From Escherichia phage TH12: a DNA stretch of 64,000 nt. The stretch lies in sequence record MT446390.1. The stretch is one strand, 5' to 3'. A model generated the notes under the pieces. It was not told the DNA's origin. It was given only the letters and a program-made list of their open reading frames with translations, and searched no databases. A program made the position numbers and the translations under genes. Below are positions 43,567 through 56,035 of the stretch, in pieces (the first letter of the stretch is position 1; every line of letters begins with the position of its first letter).

Positions 43567-45009
43567 TTAAGCTGTAGGAAGTTCAACCCAAGCACCATCT
43601 TTACGAACATAGAATTTACCGTCTGAAGGAGCATCTTCGATATATCCAGCCTCTTTAAGGGCCTGAATTTCTGCTTCTGCTGCAGCAAGGTCTGTTTCTA
43701 AAGTGGTAACACGCGTAGTTAAATCCGTAATTGTCGTGTCGTGGTTTTTAACTGTTGGCAATATACCACGTTCTTCTATGGTTTGACCGTTTGGGGTGGT
43801 GCCGCTTATAAGTTTATTTAAACTAGTTACTTGTCCTTTAATACCAGACGAATTAGTTCCCAATTCAGTTTGAACGTTTTGAATGTTATTGCCTAGGTCA
43901 GTAACACCAGTTTCAAGAATACGAGTCCTATATAAAAGTGAACCGGCCGGTTCAGGTTGTCCACCGTTTGAATCAACGCCAACCACCTGATTAAGCCATG
44001 CTACGTTAAAACGTAAACCACTAGAAGAATCAACACCTAAAACTGTGTTAATACCTGAAATGGAATCGGTATTTAATTTGATCTTACCCTGAAGAGTAGT
44101 TGGTAAATCTGGAGAGCCTATAGTAGTTTCTAACGTTGTCAAACGTGGTTTAATACCGCCAGGCGAGTTAATGTCTGAATTTATTGTTGATATAGAAAGA
44201 CGATTGGCCTCGACTTGAGTTTTAATAGCGGTTGAATTAGGATATCCAACAAAATCTTTTAATGCCGCAATATCTCTAGTTTGGATAGAAATGGATGAAT
44301 CAATACTGGATAAACGAGTGTAAACCGGTACTGTTAACGATGGTCTAGGACCTATTTCTTGACGGAGGTTTTCAACTTCGGTTGTCAGAGCCCCAACATC
44401 AGAATCGGCAAATTTATTTTCTAACTCGGTTAAACGAACGCCTTGGTCAACCAACACTGAGCTGTTAGTAATAATACGTCGTTTCATCCCGGTGCTTTCA
44501 TTACCTTCGGTCGGGACACCATTAATATCTTGTCCAGTATATTGCCCTAATTCGGTTTTAATCCAAAGAAGGTCGTTACGCACCGTACGATACACTGAAT
44601 CTGTTTCTGGATTAACTACTCCGATATTAGCAATAGTATCATCTAGTTTTTCTTCAGTGTTTAAAATATCAACACCGTGTGAATTTACAGTGTGTTTTAA
44701 TACTTCAATATCATCAGTGTTATGTCCAATTTGTGCTAAAGCATCTACGTCACCAGAAACATCCAAGATACTTTTAATTGTGTCAATATCAGCATTAGCG
44801 GTATCTAAAGATTCTGCTATAGTCTTAACGTTATCGTTAATTGTTTCTACATTTCGTTGAACTTCTGTTATTGGACGGTTCATTACTCCTTCAGAACCGT
44901 ATAACGTATCAGCGCCAGTTATTTCTTCTGAATTTTTAATCCAGTTTAAACGTTTTTGACCCTCATCAGGAGGGCCATCAACGTATGGTAGACTTTTTAA
45001 TTCGATCAT
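43567..45009 (-). CDS. wac: fibritin (neck whiskers) with C-terminal foldon
   Basis: Coiled-coil repeats and C-terminal GYIEDAPSDGKFYVRKDGAWVELPTA foldon-like motif. Confidence 0.92.
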   Translation of the reverse strand: MIELKSLPYVDGPPDEGQKRLNWIKNSEEITGADTLYGSEGVMNRPITEVQRNVETINDNVKTIAESLDTANADIDTIKSILDVSGDVDALAQIGHNTDDIEVLKHTVNSHGVDILNTEEKLDDTIANIGVVNPETDSVYRTVRNDLLWIKTELGQYTGQDINGVPTEGNESTGMKRRIITNSSVLVDQGVRLTELENKFADSDVGALTTEVENLRQEIGPRPSLTVPVYTRLSSIDSSISIQTRDIAALKDFVGYPNSTAIKTQVEANRLSISTINSDINSPGGIKPRLTTLETTIGSPDLPTTLQGKIKLNTDSISGINTVLGVDSSSGLRFNVAWLNQVVGVDSNGGQPEPAGSLLYRTRILETGVTDLGNNIQNVQTELGTNSSGIKGQVTSLNKLISGTTPNGQTIEERGILPTVKNHDTTITDLTTRVTTLETDLAAAEAEIQALKEAGYIEDAPSDGKFYVRKDGAWVELPTA

Positions 45010-45018
45010 TTTTTACCC

Positions 45019-46569
45019 TTAGTAATGGACTTTAATAATATAATTTAAAGATATATTCCATGGACGAGTCTCATATCCGATAAGTCCTTCACGGTTAAGA
45101 GTGCCCAATGCGTCGCGGTGACCACCTAATTCGAAGCCGTCATTTGTGAAATATGATGCATTATCCCAATCAGAGTATTTTCTAGTACCCAAATAACCTT
45201 GATATACGGATGCTCCGAACGGCGCCTCATGCCGATTATATTCGCCCCATCCACCAGCGTGTTTATGATATGACATTTGCTGTGCTTGGACACCACCAAC
45301 ATGCATGCCGTCACATCCTACACCTAATCTATCCTTTCCATAGCCGTCTTGACCGCGATTATTTAAAATATGGCTGCCTGTACCGGCTCCTCTAACAAAA
45401 AGACCGCGCATGTCTGGAATTCCAGGATTATTCCAATCACCGCCAAATCTTGTTCCAACCACATTTCGATAGTCCGGAAATTGGTCTCCAGAAATGGTCC
45501 CGCCATGACATAAAACCCAACCTGGAGGAGCGCTATCACCTGCGAACATTTGAATTGTTCCAACAGGAACACGTTCAGATGCATATCGCTCTGTTGCAAC
45601 CGGCTGGTCACCGTTTTTCCACATTCCGCCACGTGACCAAATTCCATTTGCTGTGAGATGGTCTAAATTTAAAGAACCATTAATAGTTTGCCCACCGCGT
45701 GTATTAATTACATCTGCGTTCCATGCTAATGCTCCAGAGCTATCGCCTTCGGGTGCAACACCGGCCTGTGTCGTTAATTTTACGACTCCACGCATAGAAC
45801 CGGTAGCTCCTCTACCATTTAGCGTTTCACCCGTTACAGCAACATCTCCTAAATTACTATTAATTTCCGCTTGTGTTCCTAGACGTATAACACCTTTATA
45901 TTCTTGTGTTGCAACAGAATTCATAAAGGTATACGGGGAAATTGCATATCCTTCGCGAAGAGTTCCTTGACGTGTTTGAGCCACCGTAGCTAAACGCACA
46001 ACACCGGTAATAGATTCTGAAGCCGGGTCGTTATTAGGAGCTATTTGAGAAATTAATTTTATTGCTAATTGCTGAGTTTTAAGCGGTGTCATTGCTGTGG
46101 TATCATCAGACCCGGCAAGTGCAGCGGTTTGAGTTGCAATTTTAATAACACCATTAGTTGTTTCGGTGGAATAACGAGTAGAGAACGTGTTATCAATAGT
46201 TTGGTTTAATTTAAGCGGAGTAATAGAAACAGTGTCTAAAGTGCCGGCAATGGCTTCCTCTTGTGTTGCATATTTAGTTACACCGTATTGTGTTTCTGAC
46301 GCGTTCGGATACTGAAGTCTTGCATTTAATGTGGCGGGTGTAACAGCTTTAGTACTATTAAATCCATCAAGAACTTCTTGTTCTGTCGCTAATTGAATTA
46401 CACCTTTTTCTGCTTCACTTGCGTCCGGAACACCTTTAACACCATACGCGCTAATTGAGGCTAAGGCTGCCTGGACATTGGTTATTGAACTATCAAAATT
46501 TGACCCTACCGGGTCAAATTCAACATATACAGATTCGTTCGAAACGTGTTGATATGTATTGTTACTCAT
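45019..46569 (-). CDS. 12: short tail fiber protein
   Basis: 516 aa, synteny with T4 gp12. Confidence 0.88.
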   Translation of the reverse strand: MSNNTYQHVSNESVYVEFDPVGSNFDSSITNVQAALASISAYGVKGVPDASEAEKGVIQLATEQEVLDGFNSTKAVTPATLNARLQYPNASETQYGVTKYATQEEAIAGTLDTVSITPLKLNQTIDNTFSTRYSTETTNGVIKIATQTAALAGSDDTTAMTPLKTQQLAIKLISQIAPNNDPASESITGVVRLATVAQTRQGTLREGYAISPYTFMNSVATQEYKGVIRLGTQAEINSNLGDVAVTGETLNGRGATGSMRGVVKLTTQAGVAPEGDSSGALAWNADVINTRGGQTINGSLNLDHLTANGIWSRGGMWKNGDQPVATERYASERVPVGTIQMFAGDSAPPGWVLCHGGTISGDQFPDYRNVVGTRFGGDWNNPGIPDMRGLFVRGAGTGSHILNNRGQDGYGKDRLGVGCDGMHVGGVQAQQMSYHKHAGGWGEYNRHEAPFGASVYQGYLGTRKYSDWDNASYFTNDGFELGGHRDALGTLNREGLIGYETRPWNISLNYIIKVHY

Positions 46570-47225
46570 GCGGTTCTCACAAAATAATAAAAGGTTGTAG
46601 GTGAAATATGGTTGTCAAGAGTAATGGTTTGCGCACCTAGTAAATTCCAAGTGCCGTACCCGGACTTAGCCTGAGACACTATTTCTTGAGAAACCGTGAT
46701 ACCATAAGAGGAATACGTTGGGAGTACGTGTCTTTGGTTATCTAAATATGTTATTTGTAATTTAGTCCCAACAGTAGGGTCATCTTTATACTCTGCAATA
46801 GCCAATTGGTCGGAAATCGCATTCCGGAGAGTAGTACGTAATTGTACAACAAATTCGTCGGCTGTCATACCTACAGTAGCATTAACAGGAAGCCCGTAAA
46901 CTTTTACAATAACAGGGCTTCCATCGGGCAAACTAGGGTCAGTTACACTTCCACTAAAGGACCAATAATCTACCTGTGAAGTTCCTTCAGGAGATACACC
47001 TGAGGTGTTAATTGTAACTGTTCCTACATCTGCTCTAGCAATATTATGAACATCGTTTATTGCAGATTCTACGTTATCATCATAGAATCCTTTTGCCAAT
47101 TGAGAAATAGTTACAGAACCTACGCCTTGGTTGTTTAAAATATCAATTTGAGTAGGATTTTTTCTAAATCCTAAAAAATCTGCTTCGCGGGATATTACTC
47201 CCGCTTTAGTACTAAGTATGGTCAT
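46566..47225 (-). CDS. 11: baseplate wedge subunit / short tail fiber attachment
   Basis: 219 aa from ATG overlapping gene 10 stop; resemblance to T4 gp11. Confidence 0.88.
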   Translation of the reverse strand: MTILSTKAGVISREADFLGFRKNPTQIDILNNQGVGSVTISQLAKGFYDDNVESAINDVHNIARADVGTVTINTSGVSPEGTSQVDYWSFSGSVTDPSLPDGSPVIVKVYGLPVNATVGMTADEFVVQLRTTLRNAISDQLAIAEYKDDPTVGTKLQITYLDNQRHVLPTYSSYGITVSQEIVSQAKSGYGTWNLLGAQTITLDNHISPTTFYYFVRTA

Positions 47226-49039
47226 TATGCAATCCTTACCCAACGGTATACGGTAATTGACGGTTGAATATTATTTACAGCTTGAGGCGGTACGTGTGTA
47301 CTATTCGTTGTGGCGTGGCCTTCACGGTATTTGGTGTATATAGGACCTTCTGCATCAGGGTCGTATTGACAACCACCAATAATAATTGTACCGTTCTCAT
47401 CGGAAATAAGAACTTTCTCGTCAGTTTGAGTAGGAGGTAAATCAGAATTAGTTAGTGTGTTAGACGTTGTTCCGACTGTTCCACCGGCGGTATGTGTAGG
47501 ATTCCCGCTAGAATCAAGGTCGTTATTATTTAATGCAAAATTAGGATCGCTAATATCGTCGTTCCATCCAACTAATACTTTTCCTTGTCCCCATAATTTC
47601 CAAGAGCCAAATCCTAAATATGTGGCTGGGTTATTAGGGTTCACTGCATTTTCGTAAATAGTACCGACAGGGTAAATGGTGTTAAAAATATTTGCAATAG
47701 ACGAGAATTCCCTGCTATATGCCGGAACAGATTCTACATTAGGCCATCCGATATTATTGAAATCGGTCAAAGCCACATCGCCGGTCACATTTACGGTTGC
47801 ACCTTGTGCGACATACCTTTCATCAGTTGTATCTAAAATGTCATCGATACTTAATAAAGTGCCTAAATCGTTATTAAACCATGTAATATCAATAATGTCT
47901 TGGTCTTCAAACTTACGGTCAAAGACTAAAGCACGTGCAATAGTTGCATCGTTATCATCATATTCAATAGAATAATCGGTATTAGATGTAACCCAAGTCC
48001 CACCTAAAGCTGAACACTCGGTAGAAGTTTCTGCATCAGCACCTTCACATCTGAACATAGGTAAACCAACAGTACCAGCTAATTCTTGAAGAATACCGTT
48101 AAAACGAACTTCTAAAGAATTGGTATTGACCGGTTCTGAAGGATTAACTCCAAATGCCGAAAAAGGAATAGATTTCAAAGTTGACAAATCAGCGACATAT
48201 ACACTTCCTTCTAAGGAAGGACGGGTTGTTAATTTCGAATCTAAAATACGTATTTGGCGGCGAGAATAAGAACTGCGTAATTGTGTAATCCCATCCAAAA
48301 AGGTTTCAATTTGTACGGTGTCGCCAATATTACATGGTTGTCTTAAACGGATGTTTTTACCATCTAATGCAACGATTTCTCCAGGATTAGCTCCTGGAGA
48401 ACCAAAGTCACTATTGTCACTGAACGCATCACCGTAGTATAATTCGTTACCACGATGTTTTACACGGATATTATTCACATTATAAGAAACAGACCCAAAT
48501 ACATCAAGAAAATCAGTTTGGCCTTGAACTTCGACTAAAAATTCTTTACGAGCTACACTACTAATATCAGAACTAGTAATTTTGTCTATTTGTTTATTTT
48601 TAACGTATTCCCAGCGCCCAGGAGAACAGTAAACTAATTCTAAGTCTGAAAACTGCACATTGATTTCTACTGGGCTAGAAGAACCTTTAATAGTATCACC
48701 ACTGGCAGCAATTAATGTTACAGGGTTAATATTCCATGTGGCGAATACATCACGGGCTCTAATTACTTTATTATAATCTTCCACTGTTCCTTTAGGTAAA
48801 TTTATAGAAACACGCCCTGTTGAAGTATCAATTGCGTATGATTTACCCCATTCAGCAGCTAAATTAAGTCCATCTGAAGAATGGTATGTTTTCCAGGCAC
48901 CAGCGGAATATGGAACTTCGCCATCGCCTAATTCATAATACAACTCATCAAAGTTTTCATTAATTTTTGCACCACCACGACGAAGGTAATCGCCTTGTCC
49001 GTCATCAACGACGTTCCCAATTTTAATATTTTGTTTCAT
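47225..49039 (-). CDS. 10: baseplate wedge subunit and tail pin
   Basis: 604 aa, synteny with T4 gp10. Confidence 0.9.
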   Translation of the reverse strand: MKQNIKIGNVVDDGQGDYLRRGGAKINENFDELYYELGDGEVPYSAGAWKTYHSSDGLNLAAEWGKSYAIDTSTGRVSINLPKGTVEDYNKVIRARDVFATWNINPVTLIAASGDTIKGSSSPVEINVQFSDLELVYCSPGRWEYVKNKQIDKITSSDISSVARKEFLVEVQGQTDFLDVFGSVSYNVNNIRVKHRGNELYYGDAFSDNSDFGSPGANPGEIVALDGKNIRLRQPCNIGDTVQIETFLDGITQLRSSYSRRQIRILDSKLTTRPSLEGSVYVADLSTLKSIPFSAFGVNPSEPVNTNSLEVRFNGILQELAGTVGLPMFRCEGADAETSTECSALGGTWVTSNTDYSIEYDDNDATIARALVFDRKFEDQDIIDITWFNNDLGTLLSIDDILDTTDERYVAQGATVNVTGDVALTDFNNIGWPNVESVPAYSREFSSIANIFNTIYPVGTIYENAVNPNNPATYLGFGSWKLWGQGKVLVGWNDDISDPNFALNNNDLDSSGNPTHTAGGTVGTTSNTLTNSDLPPTQTDEKVLISDENGTIIIGGCQYDPDAEGPIYTKYREGHATTNSTHVPPQAVNNIQPSITVYRWVRIA

Positions 49040-49902
49040 TATTGAGCGACCCTAATTTTCTGAGTTGAAATAACTTTAGCTGCCACTCGAAGACCATTTA
49101 TATGTGAAGAAACTGTCATAGTGGCAAAATTGTTAATTATCGAAAAACTAATATTCGCAATTTCATCTTCTTCGTTATCATTACCAACGCGCATCACTGC
49201 GTATTCGGTTGAAATAACTCTTGAATTAATTGTATCTATTAGAATATTTATTTCACATGATTTAATTTTTCTGCCGTTGGCAGATTGGCATGTAACCAAA
49301 AGTTTAGCAGCATTATATTCAGTTTTATAAAATAGAGGAATATTGACATAGTCTGAAATAATATTCCATGTCCCGTCTACAGGAATTTCGGTATGACTAA
49401 ACATACTTTCTGTAGAATAATCCCATATTGAACCGCCTGTACCAGAAGAAATACAACGAAGAGTAACTTTAGTATAAGGTGTAGTTATAACTAAATTACC
49501 TGCAACACCTTTAATAGAATCTAATGCTTGGATACTTAATGGGTTGTTTACCGAAATTGACCCGTTTGAATTTATAAATTCCACGGAATCACCGAGTTCA
49601 CCTCTAGCAACAGTAACAATAACACCACCGGTGGAAGCATCTATGTCGTGTCTACTTCCTACTGGAACAGGGGTGAAATAATCAGTAGGACCTCCTTTTT
49701 GGTAGTATCCAGTAGCATGGATTATTTGTCCATTTGGTCCTGTCCCATTAGCAGTTGCCATTTTTCGTTGGTCACCAAACGCATTGTAAATAGCATTTAT
49801 ATCATTGTTTATTTTAACACCGCCGTCAAAAAGGATATCGCCTGTAGAAGCGTTACCAATTTCGCCAACGTCAATCAATTGTTTTGGAGTTTGAATATAC
49901 AT
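49039..49902 (-). CDS. 9: baseplate wedge long tail fiber connector
   Basis: 287 aa, synteny with T4 gp9. Confidence 0.9.
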   Translation of the reverse strand: MYIQTPKQLIDVGEIGNASTGDILFDGGVKINNDINAIYNAFGDQRKMATANGTGPNGQIIHATGYYQKGGPTDYFTPVPVGSRHDIDASTGGVIVTVARGELGDSVEFINSNGSISVNNPLSIQALDSIKGVAGNLVITTPYTKVTLRCISSGTGGSIWDYSTESMFSHTEIPVDGTWNIISDYVNIPLFYKTEYNAAKLLVTCQSANGRKIKSCEINILIDTINSRVISTEYAVMRVGNDNEEDEIANISFSIINNFATMTVSSHINGLRVAAKVISTQKIRVAQ

Positions 49903-49927
49903 ATGGCTAATCCTTAATAGTTTATAC

Positions 49928-49935
49928 TATTTATA
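49928..49935 (-). promoter_or_regulatory. late promoter for gene 9
   Basis: TATTTATA on plus strand 26 nt upstream of gene 9 start. Confidence 0.55.
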
Positions 49936-49942
49936 CACGAAA

Positions 49943-49960
49943 GGGAGACCGAAGTCTCCC
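49943..49960 (-). terminator. GGGAGAC-UUCG-GUCUCCC hairpin after gene 8
   Basis: Exact copy of the hairpin at 30587-30604, between gene 8 stop and the gene 9 late promoter. Confidence 0.6.
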
Positions 49961-49964
49961 TAAA

Positions 49965-50969
49965 TTAGAACATAAACAAAATATTGATCTCTTCGGTTTG
50001 GTCCATTGCCATAATAATAGGTGGACGGTTTTCCATATAAATCATTTCACCAGAATGACGCTGTAAATCTCTGGGGTCATAATAATCCTTTTCAGCTTTT
50101 ATATTAGGGTCATTAGGACGGAGTTTAGCTTCCAACGGGTTTGTGATAATAGAAATTTGTCTAAATCCTTTATTACCAGGCAGTGCTGCATTAGGGAAAT
50201 AAACTGAGTCTAAATAGGCTTTAAAACGAATTATGTTTGCTTTAACTCTATACACAAGGCCAAAATCATCTTGTTGCCAGGTTAGATTGTTTTCATATCC
50301 CCAACGAGCAGGGTCTTCTTTAACTTCTTCTGGCCATGGAACGACTATATATTCATTAGTACATCGGTTTATAGACACATCGGGTGGAATCTCATAAAGA
50401 TACTCCCATATATATCCATCGCCAACTTCGATAATCCCTTCAGCATCTCCACGGCCTTCAGGAGGGGTTAAAGACCTAACAGATGGTGTCCATTTACCGC
50501 CTAATTTAAGACATTCTTCTTTGTTGTCGAGAGACTCAATAGAACACATCCCGACATCAGGAACATCTACGCACCGGTATACTAACCATCCAGCTCCGAC
50601 TTCAGTGGCATTATATGGGGCTGTATTACATACGACTATATCATTTATTTTGAATGTATAAGGGTCCGGATAACGAATATCTCCCCAGTCACGTCTAGGA
50701 ATAACCGAGTCTAACATAGATGGGATAACTTTAACTAAACCCATCATGTTAGTCCACATATCTGTTACACCTAAAACCGAGTCTGTTGGATACGGTGGGG
50801 CGAAGCCCACCTCATTTTCATTAGCAGCCCATGGTTCAGACCGACCAAACGTTATAAAGATGGTGTTTTTATTATCACCATCACCTATTGAATTGTAAAA
50901 ATTCAACATTTTTTCAGTTCTAAATTTTGAAGTAACTATCGCACGATAGACAACACTTGAATCATTCAT
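49965..50969 (-). CDS. 8: baseplate wedge subunit
   Basis: 334 aa, synteny with T4 gp8. Confidence 0.9.
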   Translation of the reverse strand: MNDSSVVYRAIVTSKFRTEKMLNFYNSIGDGDNKNTIFITFGRSEPWAANENEVGFAPPYPTDSVLGVTDMWTNMMGLVKVIPSMLDSVIPRRDWGDIRYPDPYTFKINDIVVCNTAPYNATEVGAGWLVYRCVDVPDVGMCSIESLDNKEECLKLGGKWTPSVRSLTPPEGRGDAEGIIEVGDGYIWEYLYEIPPDVSINRCTNEYIVVPWPEEVKEDPARWGYENNLTWQQDDFGLVYRVKANIIRFKAYLDSVYFPNAALPGNKGFRQISIITNPLEAKLRPNDPNIKAEKDYYDPRDLQRHSGEMIYMENRPPIIMAMDQTEEINILFMF

Positions 50970-53900
50970 CTAATTTAACCTGTGGTGGATTAATCGGGTC
51001 TCTAGGATTTCCCACGTTATCTAACAATCTTTCATTAACAAGCTCTCTAAATCTAGAGAACGTTGTACCTGATGCATCAAATAATGGGCTCATTGGCTTG
51101 CGTCGTTCGGACGGTAATTGTCCTTGGAAAATAGAGTTATCATTTTCTTCATTATAATTTGCAGGTAAAGGGTATTCGATACCAGCATAAGGACCAGCAT
51201 CATAAATTACTTCACCTGTAACAGGATTGAATTCTACATTACCTTGAGGGTCTAAACGAGCGACGCGGTCTGCATATTCCATAGGCAGTCCGGAATCCCA
51301 CTTATAATTTTTATATTTATTAATAATAGTTTCAACATGTTTAAGCGTTAATCCTGTATTAATAAACATTGTTAATAAGGTTATTGCAATAAATCCAAAT
51401 CCTACCGGATGTACAAAACGCAGTACGTCAGATTTCCAACGAGAGGATGGAAGATTTGACTTTATTTTCATGACGTAATAAGCTCTACCACGATTAAAAT
51501 AATCGATAGTGTTTTGGGCAAGTTCTTTACCTTTAATACCGCGAACTATTTCACCTTCAAAATCTGCTAGTCTTTCGGCTTTTACTTCTTGACCGACTAA
51601 AAGCCTACCTAAAAGGTTATGAATAGTCACAGTCCATTGTAATTTACCTTTAGAATAGCTTCTTTCTAAATATGTAACATTACATCTACCTGTAGCGGTG
51701 TATATAGTTTGTCCAACCAAATCTTCACTTATAGAATCAGATTGAATTATGATATCGTACTCTGTTCCAGCAGATGACTCAATTTCCACTTCAACGTCTT
51801 CGTTATAAAGAACTTTAAACAAAAACTTATACGACGCTTCAGTTCCTTTAGTAGAATAAAAATCGTAACTTCTGGACTCAAAGAACCTAGAAACTAAATC
51901 ACGTTTCTCAGCATTCAAATAAATGTTCCGTTTATAAATTTCAGACCAAAGATATTCCCATGCGTGTTCTTCTCGTGGGTATTTATTTTTAATCAAATTC
52001 AATAAGTTATTATAATGAGTCCCGTATCCATCAGAAAGATATTGAATATACGCTTCACAAAATGCTTCAAAGTTTGTATTATCCAACAGATAAGACTCTG
52101 GCATCATTGTAGTGAGTAATGGGCGTAAATCCGGGTCAGCTAGACCTGTCTCTTCAACAGGAACCCAAGAAGTTTCTTTTTCTTGGTTTTGTAATGAGGC
52201 GGTCAAAAATACGTTAGTGGGCTTCCAAATTATAGAAACGTTATCTCTAACACGATAACTAAAATCGTAATATGAAATTATTTCACCTGATGATTTATAA
52301 AACAACATACCAGATGCGTATTTTTTAAATCCAGTGAATTCTATATTCGGCATAACAATCTTACAATCACCATCATTCCAGTATTCATGAACTTTACGAT
52401 CAGGTGAAGTGCTAGGGTGGCTTTCCACTACCTTTGTGTAAAGCAAATCAGAATAAATCACTACCGCTCTATCAGAGTTATTAATCCAAGAACGTGTGCC
52501 TGATTTTCTAGAATAACTAAAGAAAGGTTCTGCATAATACTGCATAGGAGTTGGTGAAAAAGTTTCCCAATTACTTTCTTCGTTTGATGCGAAAATCATC
52601 ATATGGTAATGTTTATCTGCGAGCCATTCTCTAGGATATTCATACTTAACTGCTCCTAAAAGTCCATACTTAGATTGCGTTTCTGGGTCGTCAACAATAT
52701 CAGATTCTAAAAATTTAAAATTACTAGAAGAGATATAAAGCTCAACACCATCAGTAGACATATTGGTGAAAGCCGGTTCTATACGACGGCGTTCTTCTTC
52801 GGTATTACCAAATATCCTTTTAAATGTTCCAGCGTCATGGTCTAAAACGTATACACCTTTATCAACGGAATCTAAAATAGGCTTTGTTCTTGGGTCGTCA
52901 TTAACGTTTTCGACTTCACCAATAATAAGAGCGAATATTCTTCCACCAACAGAATCCATTTTATAACAAACTGCTTTAGGGTTGCCTGTTATTGTAAACG
53001 TCTCAGGTTCAAACAACCGTTCGGAATAGGTCGGAGATAATGGATCTGAATCAATAGGAGCGTTACTGGTTTTAACGAAGCGAACTTTATCTCTGGCCGC
53101 AATATAAACATAGTCATCATTACAAGTAATAGCTTCTGCAATACGTGATACGTTTCCTGGTAATGATGCGTATGTACCGAAAATCTCTACATCAAAACCT
53201 AAATTTAATCGGTCCCCGATTTTAGCAAATGTTACATCTTGTGAACTGAAACGAACATCATCAGCAGACCAACGAATATCGGATGATTTACGCCCGTAAA
53301 AAATCTTATCATAGCCGAGCAAATACGTCGTATATTCTGATTGGTAATATACAGTTCGTGAAAGCGGATATCCTACACGGTCATTAAGCAATTTAACCGC
53401 TTTCCATGTTTGGCCTTTATCATTAGACACTTTTACAATAGGTTGGAATCTTTCAAAAAGGTAAAGAATTCCTTCAGATTCCATTAGATATACTCGATTT
53501 ATATCTTTACATACGTCCTGGATATGCCCCTGGATTTCATGATACCGATTTTCACCAATTATAAAATTTCTAATCGATGACACATCGGTGTATGCAGGAC
53601 TAAATTGGAACGACTCGCTCATCAGTGCTGCCATGATAGTGTCATTATTAAAATCAACGTAGTTTGTATTATTTTTTGTAAATTTTTCAGAAATAAACTC
53701 GTTAGCTAATTGCATTTCAATCATATGTTGGAATGTGTAAGCGTTTATTTCAAATGTTTCAAACTCTTCGGTGTATCTCCAATCAGACTGCTCAAATCCC
53801 TCCGCTGCTGTAGCCACACGCATCATATATGTTGTTAATGAATTTAAACCAGACTCAAAGAAATTGTTATCAGCGGTATATCCTAAATTAGTCCATCTAT

Positions 53901-54060
53901 AGCTATTACGGGGAATTGCTTCCCCATTAGCTGTTTTGGTCTCAGCTATTTCCACAAAATAGTAGAAATTAGCGCCAACCTCATCCCAGCGAATTTGAAC
54001 TTGGTTTGCGGACAATTTAGATAATCTGAGACTCGTGACTGCTGGCGCTTTTACTGTCAT
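50962..54060 (-). CDS. 7: baseplate wedge initiator
   Basis: 1032 aa, synteny with T4 gp7. Confidence 0.92.
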   Translation of the reverse strand: MTVKAPAVTSLRLSKLSANQVQIRWDEVGANFYYFVEIAETKTANGEAIPRNSYRWTNLGYTADNNFFESGLNSLTTYMMRVATAAEGFEQSDWRYTEEFETFEINAYTFQHMIEMQLANEFISEKFTKNNTNYVDFNNDTIMAALMSESFQFSPAYTDVSSIRNFIIGENRYHEIQGHIQDVCKDINRVYLMESEGILYLFERFQPIVKVSNDKGQTWKAVKLLNDRVGYPLSRTVYYQSEYTTYLLGYDKIFYGRKSSDIRWSADDVRFSSQDVTFAKIGDRLNLGFDVEIFGTYASLPGNVSRIAEAITCNDDYVYIAARDKVRFVKTSNAPIDSDPLSPTYSERLFEPETFTITGNPKAVCYKMDSVGGRIFALIIGEVENVNDDPRTKPILDSVDKGVYVLDHDAGTFKRIFGNTEEERRRIEPAFTNMSTDGVELYISSSNFKFLESDIVDDPETQSKYGLLGAVKYEYPREWLADKHYHMMIFASNEESNWETFSPTPMQYYAEPFFSYSRKSGTRSWINNSDRAVVIYSDLLYTKVVESHPSTSPDRKVHEYWNDGDCKIVMPNIEFTGFKKYASGMLFYKSSGEIISYYDFSYRVRDNVSIIWKPTNVFLTASLQNQEKETSWVPVEETGLADPDLRPLLTTMMPESYLLDNTNFEAFCEAYIQYLSDGYGTHYNNLLNLIKNKYPREEHAWEYLWSEIYKRNIYLNAEKRDLVSRFFESRSYDFYSTKGTEASYKFLFKVLYNEDVEVEIESSAGTEYDIIIQSDSISEDLVGQTIYTATGRCNVTYLERSYSKGKLQWTVTIHNLLGRLLVGQEVKAERLADFEGEIVRGIKGKELAQNTIDYFNRGRAYYVMKIKSNLPSSRWKSDVLRFVHPVGFGFIAITLLTMFINTGLTLKHVETIINKYKNYKWDSGLPMEYADRVARLDPQGNVEFNPVTGEVIYDAGPYAGIEYPLPANYNEENDNSIFQGQLPSERRKPMSPLFDASGTTFSRFRELVNERLLDNVGNPRDPINPPQVKLDE

Positions 54061-56027
54061 TGTGAAATAGGCTCCAAATCTATGGTTAAATATTGTGGAC
54101 GTAAGTCATTTTCAAATACAATTAATGACCCGTCTTTAGTAAAGATAACATCATCAGCTGGGTCTGAATAGAGTTCAATAGTTTGAACTTCAAATCTATC
54201 GGAAGTTAAATCAATTTTAGCTATATTCCAATAAATTGAATCAGCTGGATAATTTACTTCACCTATAGAGTAATATTTGTTTCTTCCGTCCGTAACATGA
54301 AGTTTATTAAAATCGTCACCAGTATATGGTTGAATATAAGCATTTTCTATAACGTCGCCATCTGCAAACGGGCCAATAATAACTTGTCCAATGCCACGGT
54401 CATTTCTATCTGAACCTACAATGCGAACGTCGTATTTAATAGTAGCTTCCGTTTCAGGGTCAACGCGTAAACTATCAAATGAAAACACGTTAGATTCTAA
54501 TGTTCTATCTTTAATCTGGTTATTGTATTTAATACCTGTTTCAGGTGTTTTGTAGAAGTTCTGTACCTCGCGAACCATTTGAATAGTCGCAGACGAACCA
54601 ATGATAGAAATATCTGCGTCATCGACATACGTTAGCATTTTAGATTTTGCGAATGACGAGTTAAAAATTTCCACGTCTTCAATATAATACCGGTCGATTT
54701 TATTAATAATTTGGCCTTCTAACCATTGTTCAGATTCCTGTAATTTGTTCAATGCATACGTAACGCGAATATTCATTTTAATAAACAAATAATCAGGAGA
54801 AATAACAACAGGAGTTATCGTCCCTAAGTTATACTCATTAAGATAATTTTTAATATCGTCTCGTTGGACGGAAGTCAAATATAACCCAGACTTAGGTTTA
54901 GCAGCAATAAATGCGTACCCAGGCTTAGATGAATCCGTAAATGTCTGAACCGCTTGAATAATAGAACCAAATCGTTCAGAGACGAATGTGTCGTAATCTG
55001 TCGCAGTCACACATCGTTGTTGAGTTTCGCGTTTAATTGTACCTAATTCACGGATACGTTCAATATCTTCAGGGTCGCCACCGCCATCCGCACCAACGAA
55101 GTCAGGGTTATTACTTGGGTTTTCATTAATTCCAATAACTGTGATATTAGCTAATGTATCAGCATAAGAGAATCCTACTGCACCATTTGCTTCAGCACCA
55201 TTAGTAGAAATATATTCAATTACGATTTTAGAACCCTGGACAGGTTTAAGGCCGCCAACGTAGTTAGATGTTAAAGCACCTTCTGATGTGTTAATAGAGA
55301 TTTCACCTTCACCAAAATAAAATTCAGTGTTCCCGTCAACAGTTTCTCGCATATAATAAATGGTTGAAGTAGAACCAGCATGAACCATCGATTTGCGAGT
55401 CCAGTTAATCCATTCTGCTCCGTCAACATACAATTTAACCAAATTACGGTCAATGTTCTTATCACGAATAATGATAGGTTTTAATTTATCAAATGTTAAT
55501 TCAGTACGAACAATACGTCCCTGAGCTAACCTAAGACGTGGGAAATATTGATTATTTTTGTCTTTAACTACAATGACGTCTTCTGTGGAAACAAAGTTAT
55601 ATGGATTTACAGAAGTACCTTTAGCATACGCCAGGAAACGAGTACCACGTGGAATAGTGATATAGTTTCTATTTAATGCATCCGTACATGTGAGCATAAT
55701 TTCTGTTTGTGCTGCCGATTTAGATGAAGGCAGGTATCCGTTATCTTGAGCCGCTTGTACAACAGAGCTACGCAAGTTTGCAGTGCGCATAAAGCTTTCA
55801 TACACCGCACTATTACTGAACTGTTGGATATAAAGAGTATTATATGCTAAAAGGTCGCACAATACGTTTAAACGCGAACCTTCAAAATCATAATCAAGAA
55901 ATTCGTTCTGTCCATTGAGCCATTCGATAATGTTTTGTTTGATTTCGGCAAATGTGCCCCCGATAAAAATCTCGGGAATAGCATTCGCTGTTCGGGTTAA
56001 TTGATAATTTACAGGAGTGTTTGCCAT
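54057..56027 (-). CDS. 6: baseplate wedge subunit
   Basis: Resemblance to T4 gp6 from MANTPVNYQLTRTANAIPEIF; the listed ORF start at 56084 is an upstream extension. Confidence 0.92.
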   Translation of the reverse strand: MANTPVNYQLTRTANAIPEIFIGGTFAEIKQNIIEWLNGQNEFLDYDFEGSRLNVLCDLLAYNTLYIQQFSNSAVYESFMRTANLRSSVVQAAQDNGYLPSSKSAAQTEIMLTCTDALNRNYITIPRGTRFLAYAKGTSVNPYNFVSTEDVIVVKDKNNQYFPRLRLAQGRIVRTELTFDKLKPIIIRDKNIDRNLVKLYVDGAEWINWTRKSMVHAGSTSTIYYMRETVDGNTEFYFGEGEISINTSEGALTSNYVGGLKPVQGSKIVIEYISTNGAEANGAVGFSYADTLANITVIGINENPSNNPDFVGADGGGDPEDIERIRELGTIKRETQQRCVTATDYDTFVSERFGSIIQAVQTFTDSSKPGYAFIAAKPKSGLYLTSVQRDDIKNYLNEYNLGTITPVVISPDYLFIKMNIRVTYALNKLQESEQWLEGQIINKIDRYYIEDVEIFNSSFAKSKMLTYVDDADISIIGSSATIQMVREVQNFYKTPETGIKYNNQIKDRTLESNVFSFDSLRVDPETEATIKYDVRIVGSDRNDRGIGQVIIGPFADGDVIENAYIQPYTGDDFNKLHVTDGRNKYYSIGEVNYPADSIYWNIAKIDLTSDRFEVQTIELYSDPADDVIFTKDGSLIVFENDLRPQYLTIDLEPISQ

Positions 56028-56035
56028 TTTAATTC